DNA of 64,000 bases. Source: Octopus sinensis. Taxonomy: Eukaryota. Every line of letters starts with the position of its first letter. Position 1 is the stretch's first letter. Shown here one piece after another: positions 15,764 through 29,080 of the stretch. The notes below the pieces were generated by a model. That model saw only the letters and a program-made list of their open reading frames with translations, ran no database searches and was not told where the DNA came from. Position numbers and translations under genes: made by a program. The stretch spans positions 1 through 64,000 of the forward strand of contig NW_021833293.1 of NCBI RefSeq assembly GCF_006345805.1, written 5' to 3'.

Positions 15764-16506
15764 TCGTGCAGTGTCCAACAATTTCCGACCTGTGGGCTTA
15801 TGTCGAACAACTGCTGTCACGTGTGGGACGTGTCGGTTTATCAGCCGAGTCTATCGTCAATATTGTCACGCCTCCTTCCTTCAAACCGGAAGGAAGAGCT
15901 ATTTTCATCATCCTTGCGGCTATGGCGAAAGAATGTATCTGGTGGACGCGTCTGAAAGGATTGGAGACAAACACTTTCCTCTCTGGTCAATCTCTCATCA
16001 ACTTCTTCAAGTACCACTTGAAAAGGAAAGTGAGAGTAGAGAGGCAAGTTTTGTCTAGCGAATGTTTTAAAAAAAGATGGGTGAATGTAGCAAGAATGGC
16101 ACGTATGAATGACGAAGCCACCTTGAGCATGATCTTATGAACCCAGAAATTGAAAACAGAGAGTTGCTTATTCGCAAAAAAAAAAAAAAGAAATATAACA
16201 TGTAACTCCATTGACCGAGGTTACCGTGGTCTTTTCCGTAGGCTTTTCTTTCCACGGGTAAACCTCACCTGTCCTCCCCCTTACACTTCATATTGACATT
16301 TCTGTGATAACGATCCCTATTGATCAATTTTTTTTCCTCTCCCCTTTTTTTTAACCCCCCTTTTTTTTGTCCTCTTTCTCTCCTTTTATGATCCCTTTTG
16401 ATCGAAACTCCCCCTTCCTTTTTTTTTTTTTTAAACCTTCTAAAGAAAAGCTCTACCTTGTAATTTGTTCTATCTGTGTGCAGCCCCGTGTGGCTAATAA
16501 AGAAAC
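15764..16506 (+). mobile_element. 5'-truncated Tx1/L1-group non-LTR retrotransposon, copy 1 (ORF2 C-terminus plus 3' UTR)
   Basis: Frame VQCPTISDLWAYVEQLL...F..RW ends at stop 16140, followed by a pyrimidine-rich UTR and AATAAAGAAAC, then (ATCT)n. Flanked by (TATC)n on both sides. Confidence 0.8.
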
Positions 16507-16507
16507 A

Positions 16508-16607
<100 letters not shown>

Positions 16608-17588
16608 GCTGAGGAAGGGCGAATGGCACCGCGAGTGTTGCGTTGCTCTCAAGCAACTCTGCCGTTCTGGGTCGACCTTGAGTGACTTCATCACAACCAA
16701 AGCATTCTATAGGGGATTAGTGGAGGGGAGGTACGACGACGAGCTCGGGGCGAACCTGGACGTCGACGAGGAGTATCTGACCCGCCCGTTAGGGACGACT
16801 TTCGGGCCAGGACCCATGGGCAACTTCCAGAGATCCCTGGCCTTGCAGTGCTACCGAGAAGCGCTAGCCGTTCGGGATAAGCTCTACAGACACGACTCGA
16901 GAAACACGGGGCGACCTGCCCGAGATGCGGTCAGAGCGACGAAACCGTTCTGCACGCACTCGTGCAGTGTCCAACAATTTCCGACCTGTGGGCTTATGTC
17001 GAACAACTGCTGTCACGTGTGGGACGAGTCGGTTTATCAGCTGAGTCTATCGTCAATATTGTCACGCCTCCTTCCTTCAAACGGGAAGGAAGAGCTATTT
17101 TCATAATCCTTGTGGCTATGGCGAAAGAATGTATCTGGTGGACGCGTCTGAGAGGACTGGAGACAAACACTTTCCTCTCTGGTCAATCTCTCATCAACTT
17201 CTTCAAGTACTTTTTCGTAGGCTTTTCTTCCCACGGATAAACCTTACTTGCTTTTCCCCTTACACCATATATCATAACACTGTGATACATGATCCCTATT
17301 GATCGTTTTTTTTCTCCTCTTCCCCTTTTTTCCGCCTTTTTTCTTCTTTTTTCATTTCTCTTTTCCTTTGTTCCTTTTCCTTTTCTTCTTTTTTTTATTC
17401 ATTTCTTTATTTATTAAAAAAATTTTTTTTTGTTTTGTTCTTTTACCCTTTTACGATCCCTTTTGATCGAAAACCTACGCCACCTTTTTTGTTTCTTTTG
17501 CTTTTTGTTTTTTTCATCCCCCAAAAGAAAAGCTCTACCTTGTAACTTGTCCCATCTGTGTGCAGCCCTGTGTGGCCAATAAAGAAAC

Positions 17589-17589
<1 letters not shown>
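16608..17589 (+). mobile_element. 5'-truncated Tx1/L1-group non-LTR retrotransposon, copy 2, with internal deletion
   Basis: Across a frameshift it encodes EALAVRDKL...CPRCGQSDETVLHALVQC, a CCHC zinc knuckle typical of L1/Tx1 ORF2 ends. Highly similar to copy 1, lacks ~215 bp after TTCAAGTAC, and ends in (ATCT)n. Confidence 0.82.
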
Positions 17590-17621
<32 letters not shown>

Positions 17622-17622
17622 C

Positions 17623-17724
<102 letters not shown>

Positions 17725-18218
17725 ATGTATGTATGTGTGTATGTATGAGTGGAAGTTTACATGTAGATATGTGAGAAAGACGGTGATATGTATTTCAATA
17801 GATATAATGAGAGTGTACTTGTCGAGATGAGTGCCAGTATAATTCAAGAATACATACACACACACACGTACATACATATATACACATGTGCGTCTGCAGG
17901 CTTGAGCGTGCGTATATATTTTCGTGAGAGAGTAATACAACAGCGAAAACAACATACTAAGGCTAATAAGTAAACAACATAACACTCCCTGGGTAAAAGT
18001 GTAGTGAATCGGAAAATAATCTAAGTTTTCTTTTTTTTCAGTCGATTGTCAACAATCTATATGCAATCCGTCTCTGTTTATAGAAGAAAGAGTAAAACGC
18101 GCAACACAGACACTTGCTTCTATAAACATTCATCCAATACACTCTTAATCACTAGCGCGCACAAGATATATGAATATATATGTATACGCTCAACAACATA
18201 CATATGTACATGCATAAA

Positions 18219-18676
18219 GGCGCAGGAGTGGCTGTGTGGTAAGTAGCTTGTTTACCAACCCCATGGTTCCGGGTTCAGTCCCACTAGGAGTAGCTGTGTG
18301 GTAAGTAGCTTGTTTACCAACTACATGGTTGCGGGTTCAGTCCCACTGCGTGGCATCTTGGGCAAGTGTCTTCTGCTATAGCCCCGGGCCGACCAATGCC
18401 TTGTGAGTGGATCGGTAGACGGAAACTGAAAGAAGCCTGTCGTATATATATATATGTGTGTGTGTTGCATGTATATGTTTGTGTGTCTGTGTTTGTCCCC
18501 CTACAAACGATGCTGTAGTGTTTACGTCCCCGTCACTTAGCGGTTCGGCAAAAGAGATCGATAGAATAAGTACTGGGCTTACAAAGAATAAGTCCCGGGG
18601 TCGATTTGCTCGACTAAAGGCGGTGCTCCAACATGGCCGCAGTCAAATGACTGCAACAAGTAAAAGAGTAAAGAGT
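18219..18676 (+). mobile_element. tRNA-derived SINE with tandemly duplicated head
   Basis: GGAGTGGCTGTGTGGTAAG (A box) and GGTTCAGTCCC (B box) occur twice; internal (TG)n; tail GGCGGTGCTCCA.CATGGCCGCAGTCAAATGACTG.AACAAGTAAAAGAG. Relatives at 27155-27440 (-), 29297-29620 (+) and 25425-25570. Confidence 0.85.
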
Positions 18677-18695
18677 ATATATAGTTACAATTGAG

Positions 18696-18761
<66 letters not shown>

Positions 18762-18787
18762 TATTATATAATATATATATAATATAG

Positions 18788-18930
18788 ACCGGGCGTTGTG
18801 TGTGTTTATTGAGCGAAAACACCTAAAAGCTCCACGAGGCTCCGGCAGGAGGTGGATCCCTGCTGTACTCTTTCACCACTCTAAAAGGCGGTGCTCCAGC
18901 ATGGCCGCATCAAATACTGAAACAAGTAAA
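18788..18930 (+). mobile_element. Chimeric SINE fragment
   Basis: The body matches the SINE at 23941-24232 (GACCGGGCGTTGTG...AAGCTCCACGAGGCTCCGGCAG) and is joined to the GGCGGTGCTCCAGCATGGCC tail. Confidence 0.7.
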
Positions 18931-18953
18931 AAAAAAAAAAAAAAAAATATATA

Positions 18954-19015
<62 letters not shown>

Positions 19016-19046
19016 ATATTATATATATATAGATATATATAATATA

Positions 19047-19088
<42 letters not shown>

Positions 19089-19092
19089 ATAT

Positions 19093-19822
19093 ATTAATCA
19101 ATATCGGGTGGCAAAAAAATTCAACAGCAAAATTTAGGAACGGCCATAATAGGCCGTTCAACAACCACTAGAAATAGCAGCCAAGGCTTCAACCGCAAAA
19201 CAATATTAATTCCGTAAACCAGGAGAACATTTAAAAAACATTTACCCTGTAATACCTTATACAATGCATCGTTTCGTCTATTTTTTAATGGTAAATCAAC
19301 CTGATTCAATTAAATCAAGCTAATCTTCCATAGGCCAATAAATTCATCAGTAAGGTAAGCCAGACGGGACAGATATTTGCACGAGGCAGCACCACTACTG
19401 TCTCGGCTATATCTGACCTAAAATTTTCAAATCATCGTACTCGCGCCAAATTTATCGGCAGCAAATATAAGCTGCCGCTTCCATTTCGGAATTAAACAGA
19501 AAATTCATAATTAATCAATATAGGGTGGCAAAAAAATTCAGCAGAAATTATTTGCCACCAGCGGCCTAGTGGGAAAAAAGTAAATAGTCAGAGACCATTA
19601 ATAAATTCAACAGCAAAATTTAGGAACGGCCATAATAGGCCGTTCAACCCACTAACTATTTAAAAAATAGACGAAACGATGCATTGTATAAGGTATTACA
19701 GGGTAAATGTTTTTAAAATTTTCTCCTGGTTTACGGAATTAATATTGTTTTGCGGTTGAAGCCTTGGCTGCTATTTCTAGTGGGTTGAACGGCCTATTAT
19801 GGCCGTTCCTAAATTTTGCTGC
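19093..19822 (-). mobile_element. Non-coding hammerhead-containing element (~486-nt terminally redundant unit plus inverted fragment) in (TA)n
   Basis: TCAACAGCAAAATTTAGGAACGGCC is directly repeated at 19121 and 19607; 19659-19820 is the reverse complement of ~19125-19288; contains a hammerhead motif. Confidence 0.8.
19253..19357 (-). ncRNA. Type I hammerhead ribozyme motif (long loop II, one core-adjacent mismatch)
   Basis: Minus strand reads TACCTTA-CTGATGA-ATTTATT...AATAGAC-GAAA-CGATGCATT-GTA-TAAGGTA: 7-bp stem I, GUA triplet, near-palindromic stem III, and A10.1:C11.1 mismatch. Confidence 0.75.
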
Positions 19823-19906
<84 letters not shown>

Positions 19907-19910
19907 CTAC

Positions 19911-19951
<41 letters not shown>

Positions 19952-20480
19952 CCGATCCATTCTTTTTTCTTGGTTATATATATATGATAGGAATATGTTT
20001 CAAAAAGTAAATAGAAACACGTGGAACGGAAATGCGAGAAAGTGAGAAGAAAAACAGCGAAAATGCACATTGAATATCAAAATAATATATATAAAGGCTT
20101 TTTTTAATAAAAAGTAACGATAAAAATACAATTATATGAACTGAGGTAGAATTAAGTGTAATTAAATTCCTTATTTTGAATTGTTCAAGAGATTTCATGT
20201 CAAACCGGTGTCGTCTTTGCTGTTCACTGTCTTTGAATCCGCACCGATTATCAAACGTTGTTAGCTCTAACTAGTCCCTGAGTAGAAATATTGTGTAAGG
20301 GAGGTAAGTAGTTCTGGACGTGGGGCAATTACATTGTCTATTTAATTAAAAAATTCTATATGTGGCAGAAGATTGCTCGACATTTTAAAACTGATGTAAT
20401 ACTTAAAGTGTTTAATAAAATAAAGTAGCAGGAAACGATTGTACTACACTACATTGTATATCCTTGTTGCTTATTTTGAT

Positions 20481-20513
<33 letters not shown>

Positions 20514-20557
20514 TATATATACTATATATAATATTTATATTATACATATATATAATA

Positions 20558-20601
<44 letters not shown>

Positions 20602-20669
20602 CTAAAACATGGGTTCACTCTGTTAACTCCTGATTTGTTTTCTCTTTGACTTCCCAAAAAATCCCTTTT

Positions 20670-20708
20670 AATGTTTGATAAGATGGATACATCGAAACCG
20701 GTTATATT
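20670..20708 (+). ncRNA. Minimal type I hammerhead motif, U3-A8 variant
   Basis: AATGT-TTGATAA-GATG GATA CATC-GAAA-CCG-GTT-ATATT: stems I and II pair, stem III is the palindrome AACCGGTT. Confidence 0.7.
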
Positions 20709-22827
20709 TTAAATCACTCACTGTAACGAAAAGATTAAACATTCTCTAAAATATATCTCTGTGCCTTTTCCAATTTTATTTACATTTTAGCCATAATTTT
20801 TCATATGTATGGTCACTTAACCACTTTTCAATTATTTATATGTACACACACACATACACGCACACATACACACAAACACACATATACACACACGCACAGA
20901 CACACACATAAAGCCGTCTAATCTGAACTAATACCCGTTATATGCAATATGGAGCGCATTATCATTTCGTCTTTTGAGCTTCTTTCGTATTTAATGTTTC
21001 GCTTCTAAATGTATTGTGATTTGTGATTGGTAAATCGCTTTAACTTTATGGTGATATTATATTATTGGCTTCTGTTTGGCTGGGAAAACAATATAAAGAT
21101 CGCTTTGCAATAAAACTTAATGGTTTGCTAGATTCGTTAATCGTCTGACAAGCTTATTGCTCTATTTGTTTCGCCTGTTTTTAGTTACATTCCTGCTGCA
21201 ATCCTATGTAAATACTACCATTCCTCCCTGGATAAAATATAACTTTGAGGTGCTTGGTAAGATTTCATTGATATATCACTCATCGTAAACGTGTGACCAT
21301 ATTAGTATGATTATTCCATATGTTTATAATGTTTATAATTATTTCTTTACGGTTTTAGAGAGACATAGAGAATATTTATTTTCTATTTATATTTTGAGGT
21401 GAAATCTTCCTGAACCTAACACTGAAATATAAATATAATTAACTGCTATTCATGTAAATTACCTGGCTATAAAACGCCCAGTTTCCTGTTTAATTATGAA
21501 CTGTACCAGTGCTCCGTAAACATTCAGAGACTTACATGTACAGCATCAAGAAAGACGTGAAATATAATTGCCTGTTGTCATCACGTTAAATAGTAACATA
21601 TTTATGGAGAACAAAAGTGCATTTTCGAAGCTCTTCGTATTGGATTTTAAAAGAGAATCAGAGAAATTGTTTATGCTATTACCATCTGTCTGAGAAGTTA
21701 TTTACTATCTATTCCGATGTACATATTTTTGTACATATTTAAAAATACTTGCGTCATACTTTTATATAGCACGCGAAGACAACTGAGGTTATTTGATTTC
21801 TTCTTGTTAACGTTGTATTCAATGACATCAATGTTTTGGATCATCACAGGAGTCGGCATTTAGAGAATTATCAGTTGGGATCAGTCATTTGAGTATTCAG
21901 TTGTTTGATTAACTGAAATTCTACTCGTGAAGTCATCGAATGTTTTCATGCAATTCTCGTGCCAAATTACCTGTGCGTGATTTAACTCACTGTGATGAGT
22001 ACTAGTACGAATAAGGCAATATAGACATCTCGATAGATTCTACAAATTCTTCACCCCGAATGATGAATATTATTATTGGTATTGTTAATCCTTATAACAA
22101 AAGAGTGATTCTATATTTTCTGCAAATGACATCTTCTTTATCCTCTGCTTAGGCCTAAAAAACACCCAACCTACGGACAACGATTTGCAGACGCGACTCT
22201 GCAATCGTCTTAATTTTTAAAGTTACTGTGTTACTTTGAACACGTTATTCAATGTATCTTTCCCTTTTTAAGATGGTAGTGTGAGCTTTGAAAGAGATTT
22301 TAGTGTCATATCTAAGAGGTTCAATAAACTTCGTAAGGTGCTCAGATTAAAGCTTTGAGAATCAAGAACCAGTTCGTAGAAACATTGGTTTTGGCCTTGA
22401 TGTTGGAAGGATGCGAACCTATCGATCATTCAACAAATTTTCTGGCATATAAACAACTTCATTTAAGATTTTAGCGAAAAAAGCGCAAAACCGCTACCGA
22501 CAAGAATAACAACTCCAATACGATGATAGCCTCAACGCCTCTGATGTGAGTTCCACTCAATCAAAAATGGCATGAGGGTTATACAGAAATTTACAATGAA
22601 TAAATACATAAAAGAATGAATAAATGGGTAAATAAATAAATATATAAATGAAAGCATTCATTACAACAATAGAGGTAACAATAATAATGGTTGCAAAAAT
22701 AACAAACTATCGAAATTGAAAAATAGACGCAGGAATGCTGACGAAAGCAGTAGCAAACAGCAAATCTATACAAATATATTTGCAGCTATCTTATGCCATA
22801 TTTAACTTATTTCACTCTCATCATGTC

Positions 22828-22976
22828 TTCCCGTCATGCCTCACCAACACAAAGCATTATATTTTCCCCCTTCCGGCGATGCCTGAAGTAGTTTCCCGAC
22901 ATGCATCAGTAATCACAACTGTTTATTCGATTTCTGTCGGTTTCCGAGGATTAAAGTTATTTTTCCCGTCATGCCT
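22828..22976. promoter_or_regulatory. Cluster of four TTCCSGNNATGCMT motifs (Staf/ZNF143-site-like)
   Basis: Copies at 22828, 22871, 22893 and 22963 in the same orientation, separated by unrelated sequence. Confidence 0.4.
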
Positions 22977-23894
22977 TCTTATTCTAAATAACTCAATGTT
23001 CTTCAGCTTTCGGCAACGAATTGGGATTTTAGTGTTTTGTCAGCCATAACACGATTTAAGAAACACAATGCCTACTTAGAACCACCTCTGCCTAGACCAT
23101 AATACGATGGTGGATTATACGATAACGACGAGAGAAAAGTTGCTGGTATTAGTGTATTTGGACATGATTGTATTGTAAGTACAGGTGGCAGTTTAGGCAG
23201 CCTGATATTTCTTGATTTTTATTACCAATGACTGTGGCATAGTAGTTTTGCTGTTTAATTCACAATCCTGAAGTTGATGGCTCGATTCTCGAACTGGAAA
23301 GTACATTCTATTTTTAAGTAAGGGATTTCATTTATCATTGCTTAATAAAATTAACAAGTAAGTGCCAGAAATTTGATGTTGCAAAATTGAACCGACGTGG
23401 GACTGGTGTTTACTTAAGTGAAAAACCTTTTCCGCTATGTTTCGAAAGCTGGGATAAGGCCTAAATGAATTGGTCTGCAACTTCGATATAGAGTTGTACT
23501 TCTTAGATACAACCCCCACAGTATTTGTGTACATAAGCATATGCATACATGCACACATACACATATACACACACATATATATGTATATATATTTATGCAT
23601 AATTAATGGTAAAAACATTATAAAGATTTTTTCAATAGCCAGCATGCAATAAAAACCATCTAGGTAACGATTAATACTAATATATAATTATAACGATATA
23701 ATTATAATAGAGGGTGTTGATAAACAACACGAACATGTTAAAGACAGACATCAAATTGTGCTGAAAGCTCATCGGAGTGCAAATGTGGTTGTAGCGCCAT
23801 TTGGCTTTCATCTCTAGCGTTTTGGTATTGTTTATCAGCACCCTTTATTATAATAATATCTTTGTAATTATATATTAATATATAAATACACACA

Positions 23895-23940
<46 letters not shown>

Positions 23941-23942
<2 letters not shown>

Positions 23943-24231
23943 CACGTGATCATGTGACCGACCAGACCATCAGATGTTGTTACACATCGCTGGTCACAAT
24001 GCGTTCGCATTGTTTTAGCCTTCGAATGACGCCACACCGCTGGCTAAGCGAGCAGGCCAACAGAAGAAAGAGTGAGAGAAAGTTGTGGCGGAAGAGTACA
24101 GCACGGATCACCCCACCCTGCCGGAGCCTCGTGGAGCTTTTAGGTGTGTTCGCTCAATAAATACTCACAACGCCCGGTCTGGGAATCGAAACCGCGAATC
24201 TGCTGCCCTAACCACTAGGCCATTGCGCCTC

Positions 24232-24232
<1 letters not shown>
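23941..24232 (-). mobile_element. tRNA-derived SINE
   Basis: Minus strand begins GGAGGCGCAATGGCCTAGTGGTTAGGG...GGTTTCGATTCCC (A and B boxes); head-only copy at 52958-52995. Confidence 0.85.
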
Positions 24233-24311
<79 letters not shown>

Positions 24312-24739
24312 CAGGATTATCAGCGTCACGCAGTATTTAGGCATAAAGCTTTTACATATGAGGCGTGTTTTCTTCACTTATCACCCCTTTCTCCCTATAC
24401 GCATCATCAAAATCACTACGTTTACCACACCGCAATCACAACAAGCAGACACAAAATATTGACCAAAATGTTCACATTCCCAACCACAAAATTATGATAG
24501 TCGTCGTCGTCGTCATCATCATCATCATCGCCGCTATGATCAGCATCATAATACAAGTTTTCTGGATTAAGTGTCGTGTATATCATCACCACTTTGTACT
24601 GCAGCAATATAAAACAAAGTGTTTTCTTTTTTTTGCCTAATAACAAAACCTCTCTCCCTATCGTCCAGGAATCGCAACTACAACCTTACGATCACGTCAG
24701 CAATATTCTAAGCACTAAAACATACGTCTACACCCATAT

Positions 24740-24829
<90 letters not shown>

Positions 24830-25379
24830 GTTTTCGTTTGCATTCTCCCCAACCACTGCTTCCAGTCCGGGTTCTTTTTTTAAGTCTGCGCACCTCAGCG
24901 TTTCGGAAATAAGTGACTGATAGCGTAAGTTCCAGGCTTTTTAAAACAAGTGTACTTGGTTCGATTTGTTTGACTAAACCCTTCAAGGTGGTGCCGCAGA
25001 TATGACCGTTGTCCAATAAATGAAACAAGTAATAGGTAAAAATATATATTCTGCATAAAGGAACACGCGAATGCAGGAGAGCTGTGTGGACAGCTCAGAA
25101 AAGCGGGTAAAAGCAATAAACAATTCGAAAAAGCACTGCGAATCAAACCGGCTGAGTGCTCTGAACCATTAAGCTAAGAAATCCCTAGCAGTAGGCTCTA
25201 TATTTTTATAATGCTAAATAATAACTTGAAGCAAACCTATAAGTGCCTTATGTGTTGGTAATGTACATAAATAAAGGGATTCGCGAACGTAGGAAGCCTG
25301 CCAAGACAGTGTTAAAATCAAGTAAATAGCCGTTAGAATGGAGGTGTTCTTCTAAAGTGACCAATTTAGAAGAATTTAG

Positions 25380-25410
<31 letters not shown>

Positions 25411-25592
25411 TACATATATATATATTGCTGGCGTGTCTGTTTGAGATGAAGCTTGCTTGCTAACCACATGGATCCAGATACAATGCCATTACTTGCAGAC
25501 TCGGGCAAGTATCTTCAACTATAAGCTTGGGCCGCCTGGACTTGGTAGATTAAAACTGAAAGGGGCCTGACGTAAATATATATATATATATA

Positions 25593-25633
<41 letters not shown>

Positions 25634-25654
25634 AGTGTGAGTGTGTGTGTGTGT

Positions 25655-26173
25655 ATCAGGAACAACCCCCCCCCCGTCCAATACACGGTTCTGAATCATA
25701 TCTGTTAAATAAAAAGGAATCAGTGTTTTTTTTTGAAAATAATTAAACATGCCTTTATTTCAATAAAATTTTTGATTTTGTTAAACGAAGTTAAGGCAAA
25801 AATAAAAAAAAAACAATAGTCTTTCCTTCCTTCATGGGAAGTTTGAAGAAAATATCTCTTTTGCATCTTACTTTTTGGTCTCTTAAATATACTGTATTTT
25901 GTGGCATTATTTCAAGCCAGCAGGCCTTTTGCGCAAACTGCACGTGGATTTTTCTCGCGTACGCGTAGTATCGATCGCAACAGCTGGTGTACTTGCGCTA
26001 CAAATGCACGTTCTCACGGCTTTATCGATCGCATTCTCACCTGGAATCGACGTTTGTAATTAATTTGAAGACTTATACACGCCCTAAAACCGTCGGTACG
26101 AGCGCAATCGGATGGCGGTTTCCCGAGATCCTAGAAGACACACACATAGACAGAACAGAATTTATATAATAGA
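25655..26173 (-). mobile_element. Non-autonomous Helitron-like element (degenerate)
   Basis: Minus strand starts A|TCTATTATATAAA...CTGTCTATGTGTGTG...ATCCGATTG, resembling the 5' end of the element at 59794; the 3' end is poorly preserved. Confidence 0.5.
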
Positions 26174-26209
26174 TTATTATAACCAGCTGGTTGCAATGCG
26201 ATATGCCAG

Positions 26210-27657
26210 CTGTAACGATATTCTGTAACGTATTTGAAAATGAACGATATTCTTTGTGTAGATTCACTTTATTGCATCGAGTTACGTAATTAATCTTACA
26301 TTCTATGGTGATCATAGTAGGGTGCAGAATCTAAACAACTGAGAAGAAATAACACAGAGAACCATCATGATTTCCTGTGTTCTCGTTCTGAAAGTTCAAA
26401 TGATCCATCAGGCCAAACGTCGGCATTTTATTGCCAACACAGTATTACGCACCTGGAAAGATGCATCATTACTCATGTCAATGACAAGGTTGCGCTCTGA
26501 TTTTTATCCAGGCATTGCAGTCCTACCTGGGCCAGTATATCCTGTCTGCCTTTCACTCGGCTTCATGTGTTGGTAGCGCAAACCTTCAGTTTTTTCCAGC
26601 ATTAAATTGCATGACGTCTTCAGCCCACCGGTATTTCGCATTCAACACATGTTGCATGTGCGCAGCATCTCCAGGGTTCTGTATCCTCTGATAAACATTT
26701 GTATCATCTCCAGAGGTAGCAAGGGTTGATCTCTGAGCAGCTGTGTGCATGCTTAATGTGAATAGCAGTGACCCCAAGAAAGTGCCCTGTAGGACACCAC
26801 TCATCATATGCTTTTCAATGGAGGTAGTCATGATGGGTATCACCATCTGGTTTCTGTCTTTTAGAAATTCGTATAGCCACGCCACAAGCTCCCCTACTAT
26901 GCTGAGATACGAGAACCATCTGTTGGTGGAGTGGCGCCCTACCTTGCAATATACAGAAGCAGTTTCTTTGGCATACATAATGGGGCTTTATGGTTTGATT
27001 TTATTTTTAATAACCCAGTTTTCTTGTATGCTCATTCTTTTTCCTTCTTTTTTCTTTTATTTCTTTCAGTCATTTCCATGCTGGAAATCTTCCATAAATA
27101 GTTTTTTATCGAAAAAAACCGGCCCCAGCACTTATTCTTTATAAGCTAGTAATTAATCTCTTTTGTCGAACCGTTGTGTTATACAGATATAATTACACCA
27201 ACATCGGTTGTTAAGCGATAATTGGGGTACAAACACAGACACAGGTAAATACACACACACACACACACATACACGCACACGCACATACACACACACACGC
27301 GCGCACGCACACACACACACGCACACACACACACACACACGATCAAAGGCTATAGTAGAAGACACTCACCAAAGGTGCCACGCAGTGGGACTAAACCCAG
27401 GCTGGGAAGAATGCTTCTTACCACACAGCCTCACCTGCGCCTCATGGGAGCGTTTCTGCTTTTCCTCAATATCTGTAGCGTTTTTTTTATCAGGCGAGAC
27501 CTTTTTCACTGTTTTGGCGGTTTTCAATCATTGTATGTCGTCTCTTAAAAAACTTCTCACACCTTGGGAATTTTGTAGGTATTTGCTACGCTGAAGGATC
27601 ATGCAAGGCGGATTTACAACAGATCTATCATAATATTCTTCGGATTTTAATAGAGAC
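26210..27657 (-). repeat. Left arm of a ~1.43-kb near-identical inverted duplication
   Basis: Reverse complement of 29081-30509 with only a few indels or substitutions; identical peptides appear on opposite strands in the ORF track. Confidence 0.96.
26586..26930 (-). pseudogene. Decayed CR1-group reverse transcriptase fragment (left arm)
   Basis: WLYEFLKDRNQMV...SGVLQGTFLGSLLF...GDDT...W...MQFNAGK; the YADD motif is degenerate. Confidence 0.85.
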
Positions 27658-27829
27658 TAAATCCGTTTTCATAAAGTTCACTAAATCCGCGATAGCACAG
27701 TTGAAATATCGTGTGTTTTAATTGCAAAATTTTGGAAAAATGCTATCGAAAATCGAAAGAACAGTTTAATAGCATTCTGGTAACATATATGTTGGTAACA
27801 TATATAGGAAAAATATAGAGATACGTCAA

Positions 27830-28150
27830 GATGAGGAAAGTTGGAAGAATGCACCTAGAAAGTTACCCTCCCAGGTACAAATCCGGTCAAGGTTCTTTAT
27901 GGAATACTATTAGTCGCCCATGCATACCGGCCTCCCCTCTCCACGCCACCAGTGTTATCCAAGGTAAAGGGAAAGGCCTTTACAGCTTCGCACCTGTGGC
28001 ATCGCAACTCATTCTACAGCTGAGTGAACTGGAGCAACGTGAAATAAAGTGTTTTGCTCAAGAACACAACATGCAGCCCGATCCGGGATTCGAGCTCACA
28101 ACCTCACGATCGTAAGCTCGACACTCTAACCACTGAGGCATGCGCGTTCA
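27830..28150 (-). mobile_element. tRNA-derived SINE
   Basis: Minus-strand head CTCAGTGGTTAGAGTG...GAGCTCGAATCCC, then GTGTTCTTGAGCAAAACACTTTATTTCACGTTGCTCCAG; related copy at ~41575-41822. Confidence 0.8.
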
Positions 28151-29080
28151 CAGTTGTAGAATGTCTGAAATGGATTAATTTCAAATTCGTGTGTATTTTT
28201 CGTAATCATTCTATATGGCAGCTCCCGGTAGAATTGCCCTTCTACATGAGTCCCCTTTTACGATTACCTTTGATCTCTACTAAGATTAAGATTATTGTCC
28301 TCATTTACTGCGTTACTCCAATTGAGGATGCATAATTATAAATATAATTCTAAAACTTTTGTTCAAATTAGTTTTCTATCATGCCCACTTTAGGTTTAAA
28401 TTGTATACATGAAGATTATCACTGTTTCCCACAGTTCCTTCACTAAAGGTCTTAAATAGTGGGTCTGTATTTTCTTTCCTGCATCAGCATGCGAATTCGG
28501 TCTTTTTAGTAGATACGTGTAGCATAGTTTTCGAATTTAATACGCTTATGTAACATTTCACGTTGCGTAGAATTGTTTACTATATATTTAGTTTGTATGG
28601 AAATATATGGCTATCACCATTTGAAAGTCTCTTGATATATTTCATTTAATTTTGATGAGATAGAAAAGAGTTGTATGAAGTTGCATGAACCATTCATTTG
28701 ATGTTAAGGAAAACACACATATGTTTAGAGCGCGGGGAGTTAGGTAAGGAAGGATTTTCGCTTTGAATTCGATAGCTAACGACATGTTATTAGTTAAGTC
28801 GGTTTATGAAATATATTGTTCTAAGAGGAAAAGCTGAGAATACCACCTATAAGGTTATTTAGGAACTTATTGCAAGCTATGATGGGTTGGCATGATAATA
28901 CGTTTATACAAGTAGGTTATTCATTGGATATTCTGATTAATCTATGGTTGTTGTTCAAAAGTGAGTGACATAAAGAATATAAACTCAATGTAAGTTAGTC
29001 TCTGTAGATACAAAAAATAATCGCCTAAAGTGTGTCCATCGGCATTTCTTTTTTTCTTTTTTGTCTGCAGACGTCACGTC

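Noticed and set aside
22087-22155. Possible minus-strand terminal exon (PKQRIKKMSFAENIESLFCYKD*)
   Set aside because: Only an acceptor-like site and a short frame; no partner exon or homology supports it.
24150-24232. tRNA genes at SINE heads (also 18219, 28150, 52958)
   Set aside because: A and B boxes are present but there is no complete cloverleaf, and each runs into a SINE body or is truncated.
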